Positions 22,456 to 34,072 are shown, counted from the first letter of the stretch. The stretch: 64,000 nucleotides of DNA from Phaeosaccion multiseriatum (GCA_965112735.1 OZ218961.1:2108001-2172000), one strand, 5' to 3'. The notes: generated by a model from the sequence alone, not told the origin. Made by a program: numbers and translations.

Positions 22456-25400
22456 ACATCGGATACGTACTGCCCCCCCCCCCCCCCCCACACACACACA
22501 GGTTCTGGACGTGGCCAAAACTGAGATCAACAAGCTGCTGAAGCGGAGCAAAGGAGCAGGAGGAGGAGCGAAGAAGAAGAAGAAGAGGGCTGCGGAGGGA
22601 CAAGGGGCGGCGCAGCAGCAGGACAGGGCAGGTATGTGTGTGTATGGGAATCATATCCATGTCAGTGGTAAATGCATATGGCAATGCATGGCAATGGATG
22701 GCAGTGGAAACGTGTTCCCCCATCGTTTGTCTCCTGAGCTCTGTCTATATTCTCTGTTACATCTGTTGCCATCTTCCCCCTTGTCTGTGTGCCTGTCTGC
22801 TGCATCTACTGCCCCACCCACCCACCCACCCACCCCCACCCCTGCGTCGTGCAGCGCACTCCGTGGCGAAGGACGGCTCCACCCCGGGGAGTACCACATG
22901 GGGAAAAGGTAATGGAGACAAAGTCGACCCTCCTCTCCCCCTCTCTTTCTCTCCCTTCATTTTCCTGTCTCTCTCTCTTTCTACCTCTCTCGCAATACCC
23001 CACCTCCCACCTTCCCGCCCCTACCATGCCATTCACTGCCATCCATCTCCAACCCCACTCCCCCCGCCGCCTCCTCTCCCCTCCCCTCCCAACCCCCCCC
23101 CCCCCCCCACACACACACACGCGTGTAAGCAGGCAAGGGCAAGGGTAAGCAGAGAGGGGCTTCGGGAGTACTCGCCAGCGGGAGGGGCGGGAGGGCGCTG
23201 GACCCATCAGCGCTGCCGTCTTCCCAAGGGAAGGGAAGGAGTACCACAGACGCGGGTGAGTGAGCGAGTGAGCGCATGCGGTTATTGTGTGAGCACATGC
23301 GGTTATTGTGTGAGCACATGCGGTTATTATGTGAGCACATGCGGATATTGTGTGAGCGCATACGGTTATTGTGTGAGCACATGCGGTTATTGTGTGAGCA
23401 CATGCGGTTATTATGTGAGCACATGCGGTTATTATGTGAGCACATGCGGTTATTATGTGAGCACATGCGGTTATTGTGTGAGCACATGCGGTTATTGTGT
23501 GAGTGCGGTTATTGTGTGAGCACATGCGGTTATTGTGTGAGCACATGCGGTTATTGTGTGAGCACATGCGGTTATTATGTGAGCACATGCGGTTATTATG
23601 TGAGCACATGCGGTTATTATGTGAGCACATGCGGTTATTGTGTGAGCACATGCGGTTATTGTGTGAGTGCGGTTATTGTGTGAGCACATGCGGTTATTGT
23701 GTGAGCACATGCGGTTATTGTGTGAGCACATGCGGTTATTATGTGAGCACATGCGGTTATTGTGTGAGCACATGCGGTTATTATGTGAGCACATGCGGTT
23801 ATTGTGTGAGCACATGCGGTTGTTGTGTGAGTACATGCGGTTATTGTGTGAGCGCATACGGTTATTGTTTTGGTTCGTTCATTTCGTTTGTTCACCGGCC
23901 CATCTTCCGTGTATGCACTCCTCTCCCTCACCCTCACCCTGACCCCTGTCCCTGACTCTCACCTTCACCCTCGCTTCTCACTCCTCACCCCTCACCCCTC
24001 ACCCCTCACCCGCACCTCTGACCCTGATCCTGACACCGACTCTCACCCTCATCGTCACCCCCACTCTCGCCCTCACCCTCACCCTCACCCCCACCATCAC
24101 CCTCCACTGCCATCCACCCCTGCCTCCTCTGCCCTCCCATCCACTGCCATCCCTCCCTCCCTCCCTCCCTCCAAAGCCAAAATCCGCGCCTCCCTCCTGG
24201 CTGGTGATACCGAGTTACAGCGGCACCACAGAGAGATGGTCAAGGTAAGCGTGTGCTTGTGGCATGAACGGTGGGGGGAGAGAGGGGTTGAGTGGGTGAG
24301 GGAGGGAGGGAGGGAGGGAGGGAGTGGATGAGGGAAGGAGGGAGGGGTGGGGGGAGGGCTGTGAGTGAGTGAGTGAGTGAGTAAGTGAGTGAGTGAGTGA
24401 GTGAGTGAGTGAGTGAGTGAGTGAGTGAGTGAGTGACTTTGGTCAAGGTAAGCGTGTTGTATATATATATATAATTGTGAGCAAGGGAGTGCGGGGTGAT
24501 TGAGGGAGTGAGGCGGGTGGGTGAGTGAGAGAGGGAGGAGGGGAGGGGGGGATGTCTATGAGTGAGGATGTGAGGAGAGTCCTCATCCACTGGACCTGTG
24601 AGTGAGGATGCGAGGAGATCCCCCACCAACTGGACCTGAAACTAGACCTGAAACTGGAACTGAAATTGAAAAACCAGGTGGGCAAGTTGCTCTCGGAGGA
24701 AGAGTTCTGGGCAAATTACAGCCATAAATTTGAAGCAGGTGAGTGAGGGGAGATAGGTTTTGAGTTCGAGTATTGAGGTGGGAGTGAGTGAGTGAGTGAG
24801 TGACTGAGTGCGGTGCACGGGTGGGTTACGAACGTGTTGGTTATTCATGTTCCTTGTGGAAGTCTTCCCCCACGCAATGTTGCTGATGCTCCTCCTCCTC
24901 CTCCTCCTCCTCCTCCTCCTCCTCCTCCTCCTCCTCCTCCTCCTCCTCCTCCTCCTCCTCCTCCTCCTCCTCCTCCTTCTACTTCTACTTCTGCTGCTTG
25001 CTGCTGCTGCTGCTGCTTGCTGCTGCTGCTGCTGCTTGCTACTGGCGCTACCCTTGACCCATGCAATGCGGCCTCGCTCGCGTGCGCTTGTATGTGTGTG
25101 TATGTGTGTGCGTGTGTGTGTGTGCGTGTGTTTATGTGTGTATGTATATGTGTGTGTTTGTGTGTGTATGTGTGTGTTTGTGTGTGTATGTGTGTGTGTT
25201 TGTGTGTGTATGTGTGTGTTTGTGTGTGTATGTGTGTGTGTTTGTGTGTGTGTGTGTATGTGTGTATGCTGCAGAGAGTGCGCGCGTGGCGGCTCGGAAG
25301 CGAGGCATGGGCACGGAACTCCTGAGCGATATTCAGGTCAGTCAGTCAGTCAGTCGGTGACTCAGTGAGTCACCTTACTCAGTCAGTCGGCAGTGCAGGT

Positions 25401-28400
25401 GGAGGCATATAGGCTCACAGTTGGCTTCCTTGTTTTCGTTACGGTGTGTCACCACACGCCTCAGGAGCAACGCGGGGACAACAACAGCGTCAAGTACACG
25501 CTCACCCCGGAGGTCATCCAACGGATATTCGTCATGTATCCCGTTGTGCACAGAGCCTGGAAGGCTAACGTGGTGAGTGGGTGAGGGAGGGAGTGAGGGA
25601 GGAAGGGAGGGAGAGGGAGGGAGGAAGGGATGGGGAGAGCAGGGGGAAGAGAGAGAGGGAGGAAGGGAGGGAGGGAGGGAGGAAGGGATGGGGAGAGCAG
25701 GGGGAAGAGAGAGAGGGAGGGAGTGAATGTATTCAAAGGGAAGAGGGTATGCTGGGGTGGGCTTAGCCTTCCCTTCAAGATGTGTATGCAGGGGTGGGCT
25801 CAGCCTGCTCCTCAAGATGGACGGTCGTCTCTCTTCGGTCCCATGCACCGCAGAGAAGGGGGCTCTGTGTTGACTCCTTCCCTCCCTCCCTCCCTCCTCC
25901 CCTCCCTCCTTCCCTTCCTCCCTCCTTCCCTTCCTCCCTCCGTCCCTCCCTCCCCCCCTCCCTCCGTTCCTCCCTCCCTCCCTCCCTCCCTCACCTTCCT
26001 CAGCCCCTCGAGATGAAGGAAGATGAATTCTGGCTCAAGTACTTTCAAAGTGACTACGCGCAGAAGGAACGAGGCAGCAACAAGAAGGCCGGGGGGGCAG
26101 CAGGGGACAGCAACGCAGGAGGTGTGGACGACATGTTCGCGAGATATGAGGCACTGGAACAGGAGGTGAGGGAGTTGGTGATACAGAGGGAGGGAAGAAT
26201 GGAGGAGGGGCAGAAGGAGGTAGGGGTGGGGGAGGGGGGCGGAAGGAAGGGAGGGAGAGAGAGAGAGAGAGAGGGAGAGGGAGAGAGGAGTGAAGGGACA
26301 GAGGAGGTGAGTCTGTTTGACCCTGACTGCCGCTCTGTCCTCTGGCACCTCTCGCCTCTCTCTCCCTTCTGCCCCTCGCCTCTCGCCTGTCTGAAACCGC
26401 ACCCATCCCCTCCCCCCCCATCCACTGCCATCCTTCCCTCCCATCCACTGCCATCTTTCCCCTTAGGATGAGCGAAAAGCACTGGGGGAGAAGGTAGCAG
26501 GGGGCGGATCGAAGCACTCGCTCTCTCTCGGGGCGGCGGAAGGAAGCGTAGACCCCATGATCAATCTCACTACCGACTACGGAGACTTCCACAGGAGGTG
26601 GGTGTCAGGACAGTTGGTGGGTAGGTGTCAGGACAGTGGGTGGGTAGGTGTCAGGACAGTGGGTGGGTAGGTGTCAGGACAGTGGGTGGGTAGGTGTCAG
26701 GACAGTGGTCAGTGGGTGTCAGGACAGGGCATGTCAGGAGTGGGGGTGTCAGGACAGAGGGTGCCAGGACAGGAGGTGTCAGGACAGAGGGTGTTAGAAC
26801 AGAGGTGGTAGGACAGAGGGTGTCAGGATAGGGGGTGTCAGGACAGGAGGTGTCAGGACAGAGGGTGTCAGGACAGGAGGTGTCAGGACAGAGGGTGTCA
26901 GGACAGGAGGTGTCAGGACAGAGGGTGTCAGGACAGAGGGTGTCAGGACAGGAGGTGTCAGGACAGGGGGTGGGCCGGTCCTCTCCCTTCCTTCTTTTCA
27001 CACCCGTGGCGAAACACCCACACCACGAATACTCTGTATCTGCGAGGACAATACACCGAATCCTGCCCTGAGTCTCTCTGACGCTCGCTAGTGTCCCTCC
27101 CCTTCCTTGGGTCTTCTTCCTACCCCCCCGGGCTCCCCCGGGGTGACACAGGGACAATGTGGACGGCCCCCCTGGGTCCGAGGCCAGCGGCAGCAAAGTC
27201 GTTGCCATGATGAACAGACACGCCTCACTCATCATGGACGGAGGGGGAGAGAAGGGCTCTGGAGGCGCTGGAGGGGCGAGGAGCAGCCGCCGAGTCATGG
27301 TGAGTTGGGGTTAGTGCTTGGTCTCGCCGCTCTCTCTCTCTCTCGCTCTCTTGGGGTTAGTGCTTGGTCTCGCCGCGCTCTCTCTCTCTCTCTCGCTCTC
27401 TCTCTCGCTCTGTCTCTCTCTCTCGCTCTGTCTCTCTCTCGCTCTCCCGCTCTGTCTCCTTCCCTCTCTCTCTCTCGGGCTCTCCCTCTCATCCCCCATT
27501 TGTCTCCCTCCCTCCCTCTCTCCCTCTAGACTTTCTTTCCTCTCTCTCCTCTCCCCCCCTCCTTGCCCCCTCCGTCCCTCTGCCTCTCTCCTTGCTCTCT
27601 CTCTCGCTCTCTCACTCCGTCTCTCTCCCCTCCCCTCTATCTTCTCTCCGCTCACTCTCCCTCCCCTCTATCTTCTCTCTCCGCTCACTCTCCCTTCCTC
27701 TTCCTCTCCCTCCCTCCCTCGCCTCCCTCCCTTCCTCCCTCCCTCCCCCCTCTCTCCCTCTCTCCCTCCCTCCCTCCCTCTCTCCCTCCCTCCCTCCCTC
27801 CTTCCCTCTCTCCCTCTCTCTCTACTCCGCCAGGACGACCCTACTTCAGCCACAGACCTTCCCGAGCTCCATGCAGCCCCCGTCCTGCCCGTCGAGGCAC
27901 TTACCTTATCGACCACTACTACCGCGAAGAACCAACACGCGAAGGAGGGGGAGGGGGGGAAGGACGGGCAGCAGCAGCAGCAGCAGGGGGGCAGCAGCGG
28001 GGGAGGGAGTGCGATGGGGGGTGGAGGGCTCAAGCGGAAGAGAGGAGAGGGGCAGGATGGCAGTGGACGGTCGCGGCGGGAAAGGAAGGAGGAGGAGGAT
28101 CGGAGACTGCAGGTGGGTGAGGGGAGAGTAAATTGACTAATGGGGATGAACCGAAGCATTACGTAAGAATTACGTATTTGTGGACGCATGTGTGCGGTGA
28201 CGGAAGGGGAAGGGAAGGGAGGGAACGATGCGATCTTTGTGGGACAAGAGAGAGTGAGAGTTAGAGTAGAGAGGGTGAGAGTGTCAGGACAAGGGGGGGG
28301 GGGGGAGGGTCCCGAAGTCGGGCGGAGCTCTGGCAGCTTGAGTAGTGCTCTTCGTCTCCCTCCTCCTCCTCCTCCTCCTCCTCCTCCTTCTTCTTCTTCT

Positions 28401-30266
28401 TCTTCTTCTTCTTCTTCTTCTTCTTCTTCTTCTTCTTCTTCTTCTTCTTCTTCTTCTTCTTCTTCTTCTTCTTCTTCTTCTTCTTCTTCTTCTTCTTCTT
28501 CTTCTTCTTCTTCTCATCCACTGCCATCCCCTCCCTCCTCCAGGCGATCCTGAGCCCCGACTGGAGTCTGCTGCCCTCCGTGGCGAGCGGTACTGGCAGC
28601 AAGGGCGGTAAGGCGCTGTACGAGGGCATCAGCACTCCCACTGCCGCCCTGGAAGTGCTGGCCAAGTTCGCGGATGACGTCAGCAACAAGTACGTGGTGT
28701 CAGACAACTCAGTCAGTCAGTGCCTGGTGTCAGTCAGTGTGTCAGACAGTCAAATCGAGGGGGTGTGCCTCTGTCGCCACCGGGTATAAAAGACATACAC
28801 ACACAGCGTCAAGGTGAACAGTGGTGCTGCAAGTATGTCCTCTTATCTGGCCTCTTGCCAACACATGTATATATGTCCTCTCTTCCCTTGTCTCTATTCA
28901 GCAACACGACGAAGGTAGAGCCCGGTTACTACACGCCGCAGTTCGTTACAGAAATTCATCGACGGTTTCAGGTGCGGCTCGTGACACAGGCCACAACGGC
29001 AGGCGGCAGGGCGGAGGGAGAGAGAGAGAGAGACAGAGGGACAGGGAGAGGAGGAGGGATTGATAGAGTACGAGAAAGAGAGAGAGGGAGAGAGGTGGAG
29101 AGGGAGAGGAGAAGGGGAGAGGGAGGGGAGACGAGAGAGGAAGAGAGGGAGAGAGAGGTGGAGAGGGAGGGGAGAGGAGAGAGGGAGAAACAGAGAGAAG
29201 GGGGGGGAAGGGGAAGTTCTCTACTCGTGGAGGCGCAAAGTGGGACGAGTGTGTGCTGCGTACGCGTGTCTTGCGAGCGAGATGCGTGGCTCCTCAACAC
29301 TCTCCTGCTCCTCCTCCTCCTCCTCCTCCTCCTCCTCCTCCTCCTCCTCCCATCCCCCCCCCCCCCTCCCCCCCTCAGGATATTGGTGGGCTGCTGCGAC
29401 ACTTCTACGCTGCTCTGAACAACTCGTCGCGCTTCGAAGGGGCTGTGGCCACGAGAATAGATCGCTTCAGCGCAAGCATCAACGACAAGTACAACGAGCT
29501 TGAGGTGGGAGGGACGCATTGGAGGGTACTAGACGAGGGATGGCAGTGGATGGGGGGGGGGGGAGGGGGGATGGCAGTGGATGTGGGAGGAGGGGGGAGA
29601 GAGTAGGAGGAGACTGGGAAGAGAATGGGCAACAGGGCGGGAGACTCTGACACTCTTCACTCCTTCTGTAACTGACGCGATTAGGAGTAGATCCGCAGAG
29701 GGAGACTCTGACACTCTTCACTTCTTCTGTAACTACCTTCTGTAACTGACGCGATTAGGAGATCCGCCGAGGCCTTCCCCGCTCCGTGCACGGCCAACGA
29801 CAGTCGTCTGTGATCAAGCCGCTGCTGGACAGTCTAGACCACGCCGTAAGGCAGTATCAGCTCTACTCAGAGGCTCGCCAAGCCGCACTGCGGAAGGTCA
29901 GAGAGGGGGGAGAGGGAGGGAGGGAGGGAGGTGGCGGCGGCTTTTTTGTTCCCCGCGAAACCTTCGGCGGAACGTTTGGCGGAACCGTCGGCACTTTTTA
30001 AGACACACATGCACACATTTGCACACACAAATGCACACGCACAATCACACACACGCACAAACACACACACTGCCTGACTGCCTGCCTGCCTGTCCTGCCT
30101 GCGCATATGCTGCCATCTGACCCATCGTCCCCTCTCTACCCCCTGTTTGTGCCATTGTGCCATTGTTATTATTGTTGGTTCACTGCTTGTGTGTCTCTGC
30201 CAGCAGAAGCGGCCTCGGCAAGAGCAAGAGCAGGGGCAGGGGCAGGGGCAGCCCCTCACCGCATAG
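21248..30266 (+). CDS. GTF2H1: TFIIH subunit p62 (TFB1/GTF2H1): N-terminal PH domain plus two BSD domains, multi-exon
   Basis: PH: KGGLGTLYITSLRLLW...WAQVKKHQVSP...KLKI. BSD1: LLAGDTELQRHHREMVK|VGKLLSEEEFW. Then RGMGTELLSDI and BSD2: KYTLTPEVIQRIFVMYPVVHRAW|...MKEDEFWLKYFQS. Then DPMINL, MNRHASLI, GLLRHFY, IKPLLDSLDHA; probable stop TAG 30264-30266. Confidence 0.9.
23272..23867 (+). repeat. Intronic minisatellite, 21-bp unit GTGAGCACATGCGGTTATT(G/A)T, about 28 copies with a ~164-bp higher-order repeat
   Basis: Tandem units are directly visible. Shortened 17-bp units at ~23500 and ~23664 mark the higher-order duplication. No unique spacers. Confidence 0.95.
26598..26967 (+). repeat. Intronic tandem repeat with core GTGTCAGGACAG (15-22-bp units)
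   Basis: More than 20 copies of the core, starting at a TFB1 5' splice site. Confidence 0.9.
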
Positions 30267-30824
30267 GAATCGCAATGCTCGAGATTCGATTCGACATGAC
30301 AGTTACAACAGTTACAATATATAGGAGTACGCACGCAGCCCACTGCTGGACACCTGGGAGTGAGCCCTAGCAGGTAACGTCACATCACAAGGAAAGACCA
30401 GCCAGAAAGGACACAAATTTCACCAAGGAAAGGACCAGCCAGAAAGGACACAACAGTCACGCAAGTGATGCCCATGGCCCATACGTACGCCTAGTAAGAG
30501 GCCAACGATCAGTAGGAGCCCGACGAACAAGGGCGTTTCAACATGCATCACCAACACCAACCGCTGTCGCCGTGCCGCTTCGTGCCGCCATCCCTGTGGC
30601 CGTGTTCTGCCCTCCCTCCCTCCCTCCCTCCCTCCCTCCCTCCCTCCCTCCCTCGCTCCCTCGCTCCCCCCCCTCCCTCCCTCCCTCCCTCTCTCCCTCC
30701 CTCCCTCTCTCCCTCTCTCCCTCCTCTCCCTCCCTCCTCTCTCTCTCTCTCTCCCTCTCTCCCTCCCTCTCTCCCCTCCCTCCCTCCCTCCCTCCCCTCC
30801 CTACCCGCTCCCCCAGGCCTCCCA

Positions 30825-31633
30825 CCTCCCACGGCGGAGTGTGCAGTAGTCTTCCAACTCCTCCTTCTCCCCCCTCTCCCCCCCATGCACTTCCATCTGC
30901 GGAACAGGTCGTTGGCGTTCCTCAAACTGCAGATGGAGCGATGTGGTATGGGCGCAGTCCCCTAGCACGGGTCCCGTTACGCAAAGCCACTTTGGCTGCA
31001 CCCACGTCTTCCCATCCGCCCGGTGGGATGGCTCCCGCCACAGGCGCCGCCTGGGCTTCCCTGTCTTGTCGAACAGGGTCAGAGGCTGCCCCTCCGTGAC
31101 GCACACCGTAACCCTTTCGATCCATCGGGCTCCCTTCTCGACGAGGGCTTCACCTCCTCCAACCCCACCTTTGCGGTACTGCAGCCGAAATTGGCCCGGT
31201 CTGAGCTCCGGAGTATAATATATATTTAATACATATATATTATACTCCGGAGCTCAGACCGGGCCAATTTCGGCTGCAGTACCGCAAAGGTGGGGTTGGA
31301 GGAGGTGAAGCCCTCGTCGAGAAGGGAGCCCGATGGATCGAAAGGGTTACGGTGTGCGTCACGGAGGGGCAGCCTCTGACCCTGTTCGACAAGACAGGGA
31401 AGCCCAGGCGGCGCCTGTGGCGGGAGCCATCCCACCGGGCGGATGGGAAGACGTGGGTGCAGCCAAAGTGGCTTTGCGTAACGGGACCCGTGCTAGGGGA
31501 CTGCGCCCATACCACATCGCTCCATCTGCAGTTTGAGGAACGCCAACGACCTGTTCCGCAGATGGAAGTGCATGGGGGGGAGAGGGGGGAGAAGGAGGAG
31601 TTGGAAGACTACTGCACACTCCGCCGTGGGAGG
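30825..31633. repeat. Near-perfect palindrome: ~401-bp arms (30825-31225 / 31233-31633) around an AT-rich centre, extending imperfectly through (CCCT)n/(AGGG)n tracts to ~30610 / ~31850
   Basis: The arms were exact reverse complements wherever compared, and the ORF track shows mirrored identical ORFs. Centre is GAGTATAATATATAT-TTAATAC-ATATATATTATACTC with the symmetry axis at 31229. Confidence 0.97.
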
Positions 31634-32005
31634 CCTGGGGGAGCGGGTAGGGTGGAGGGAGGGAGGGAGGGAGGGGTGAGGGAGGGAGGGAGGGAGAGAG
31701 GGAGAGAGGGAGGGAGGGAGAGAGGGAGGGAGGGAGGGAGGGAGGGAGAGAGGGAGAGAGGGAGGGAGGGAGGGAGAGAGGGAGGGAGGGAGGGAGGGGG
31801 GGGAGCGAGGGAGCGAGGGAGGGAGGGAGGGAGGGAGGGAGGGAGGGAGAGAGGGCGGGGGGGAGCGAGGGAGCGAGGCAGGAAGAGAGGGAGGGAGGGA
31901 GGGAGCGAGGGAGGGAGGGAGGGAGCGAGGGAGGGAGGGAGGGAGGGGGGGAGGGAGGGAGGGAGCGAGGGAGCGAGGGAGGAAGGGGCTGACGACGCGG
32001 GCCGG

Positions 32006-32126
32006 ATGGAGAAGTTGCCAGAGTTGCGTTATAGAGCCAAGCGACTTCGTCGAGACCTGCAGCAACTCGTAGGGGTAAGTACTCTTAGGAGTAGCAGTAC
32101 CAGCAGCAGCAGCAGTAGTAGTAGTA

Positions 32127-32169
<43 letters not shown>

Positions 32170-32976
32170 CAGGAATAGCAGCAGAGCAGCAACAGTAGCA
32201 GCAGCAGTAGTAGTAGTGGTAGCAGCAGTAATAGCAGCAGTAGCAGCAGCAGTACCTTGTCATCTCAAGAACCCATTGGCTTGTGGCTTGTTTCCCTCTT
32301 CACCGACATCAGGTGCAACACTGGAAGAGCCGCCGCAGGAAGAAGAAGAAGAAGAAGAAGAAGAAGAAGCTCTCGCACGACCGAGCCATGGCAGGAGAGC
32401 ATGGCCAGGACAGGAAGTGGCGCGGTCTCTGTGGGGACGACCTTCCTCAGGGCTCTGACCTCCACGCCAAGACCAAGTATGTGGACGTGCTTCATCCCCT
32501 GGAGGGGCAGACGCAAGAATTCCGGGACGAGGTCAGGCGGTATCTTGGGGACCTAACCCCCGGACAAAGATGGGGAGGGGCCGACCCCGGAGTCCGCACG
32601 TTCCTGTCGATATGGTGTGCCCACACCGGTCGCTTCTTCAGGGTGGGTCACGGCTTCTCCGCCTCCATGCGGCCGCTGCAGAGGAGGATAGCGAAGCTGG
32701 AGAGCCAAGTGTGCAAGGCAGCGCAGGTGAGGAGGAGCCCCATTGGGGCCTCACGGGCGTGCCTCGCCCAAGTCTCTTGTCATGTCACTTTCTAATCCCT
32801 CCCTCCCTCCCTCCGCCCGCGCACAGAGTGGACAGGACACGCGGGCTCTTCGCCTGGAGGCGGCCAAGATGCGGGAGCTCTTGCACCACAAGACGCTCGT
32901 CCTGCACACGATAGCCATACGGCTCATCCTGGCCAACTTCACACAGTTCGTGTTGCCCCCTGATTCAAGTGGCTAA
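32006..32976 (+). mobile_element. Truncated Fanzor/TnpB-like (IS607-TnpB/Fanzor2-type) RNA-guided nuclease gene with two spliceosomal introns
   Basis: Exons ..32074, 32313-32726 and 32827-32976 join in phase 0. RuvC-I motif GADPGVRTF (D at 32583), then PLQRRIAKLESQVCK, then ALRLEAAKMRELLHHKTLVLHTIAIRLILANFTQFVLP, matching the DPGxRTF...LHxxxxxxLxxNxxxxxLP signature. Stops at 32976 before the Zn finger and RuvC-III. Confidence 0.75.
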
Positions 32977-33046
32977 GAGCCACCGGACCAATGAAGATAA
33001 AGAAAGCAAACATAAAATGAAAGACAGCGCTGCTAGTACTGGAGCA

Positions 33047-33177
33047 GCAGCAGGAGACGGCGATGATGCTTTGAAGCAGGCCAACTGGAAACATCCAGGA
33101 GCTATTCAAGTGGCCGCTAGAACCCCTGGATCTTTCCAGTTGGCCTGCTTCAAAGCAGCATCTCCGCCTCCTGCTGC
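33047..33177. repeat. Inverted repeat/hairpin: 53-bp arms (33047-33099 / 33125-33177), 4 mismatches, 25-nt loop
   Basis: Left arm GCAGCAGGAGACGGCGATGATGCTTTGAAGCAGGCCAACTGGAAACATCCAGG versus reverse complement of right arm GCAGCAGGAGGCGGAGATGCTGCTTTGAAGCAGGCCAACTGGAAAGATCCAGG. Confidence 0.93.
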
Positions 33178-34072
33178 TCCTCCTGCTCGTCCATTTCCTT
33201 TCGACGTCATCGTCAGAGAGAAGGAGGGCGGGATACTGAGCGCGTGTCGTCTGTGGGAGTGCCATGGGGATTGATGGGCTGTCCATTTCTCAACAAAAGC
33301 GACGACCACCATCGTGAATAACAACAGCTTTTACGTAAGAGTACGTAGTTTTTATCTGGGAAAGGACAGACACTTTCCCACTTCGCAAGTGCTCTACGTT
33401 CGGGAAAACGATTGAGGAAAGGGATTTGGGAAAAAATCGCAGACAGACACCCTATTGATTTTTAAAATTAATCAATTAAAATCAATTTAACATAGTGTAC
33501 ACTTTGTGATGTGATGGATGCGTGAAGGCGTCATCAGCTCCTTCCCCTCACCCTTGACTATTTACATCCCATCGCCCTCTCTTTCTCTCTCTCCTCGCGC
33601 GGCGGGCTTCGATCCGCAGCAGCAGCCGTTGGTGATCCAGAAGAAGTTGGCGATACAGCAGCAGTTGGTGATACAGCGGCAGGAGCAGCAGCACCTTACA
33701 GCAGCAGCAGCAGCACCTTACCCTCCAGCCCCACATAGTCTGGTGTGCAGATGGAACAGGCGAAGCCACCATGGTGTCGCCCCACAAGCCACAGGTCTTC
33801 CCCGTCCTATCTTGCCCACCATGGTGTCGCCCCACAAGCCACATCCCCGTCCTATCTTGCTCGTGCTGCTTTGCTGCTGCACCTGTGTCCCCAGCTCACC
33901 AACTGCTGCACCTGTGTCCCCAGCTGCTGCTTCCTGCTCACCAACTGCTGCCGCTGCTGCGATGGTCCCGTTTTTGCCGAGCCGGTCGCTCCTCCTCCTC
34001 CTCCTCCTCCTCCTCCTCTTCCTCCTCCCCCTCCTCCTGTTCCTCCTCCCCTTCATCCTCCTCTTCCTCCTC

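Noticed and set aside
23272-23867. Regular 21-bp repeats resembling a CRISPR array
   Set aside because: The units are head-to-tail with no unique spacers, lie inside a spliceosomal intron, and no cas genes are present.
32977-33500. Remaining Fanzor domains (alternative catalytic Glu, Zn finger, RuvC-III) or a serine-recombinase TnpA
   Set aside because: No TSxxC-CG or DRDxNA-like motifs and no recombinase ORF were seen in the frames inspected.
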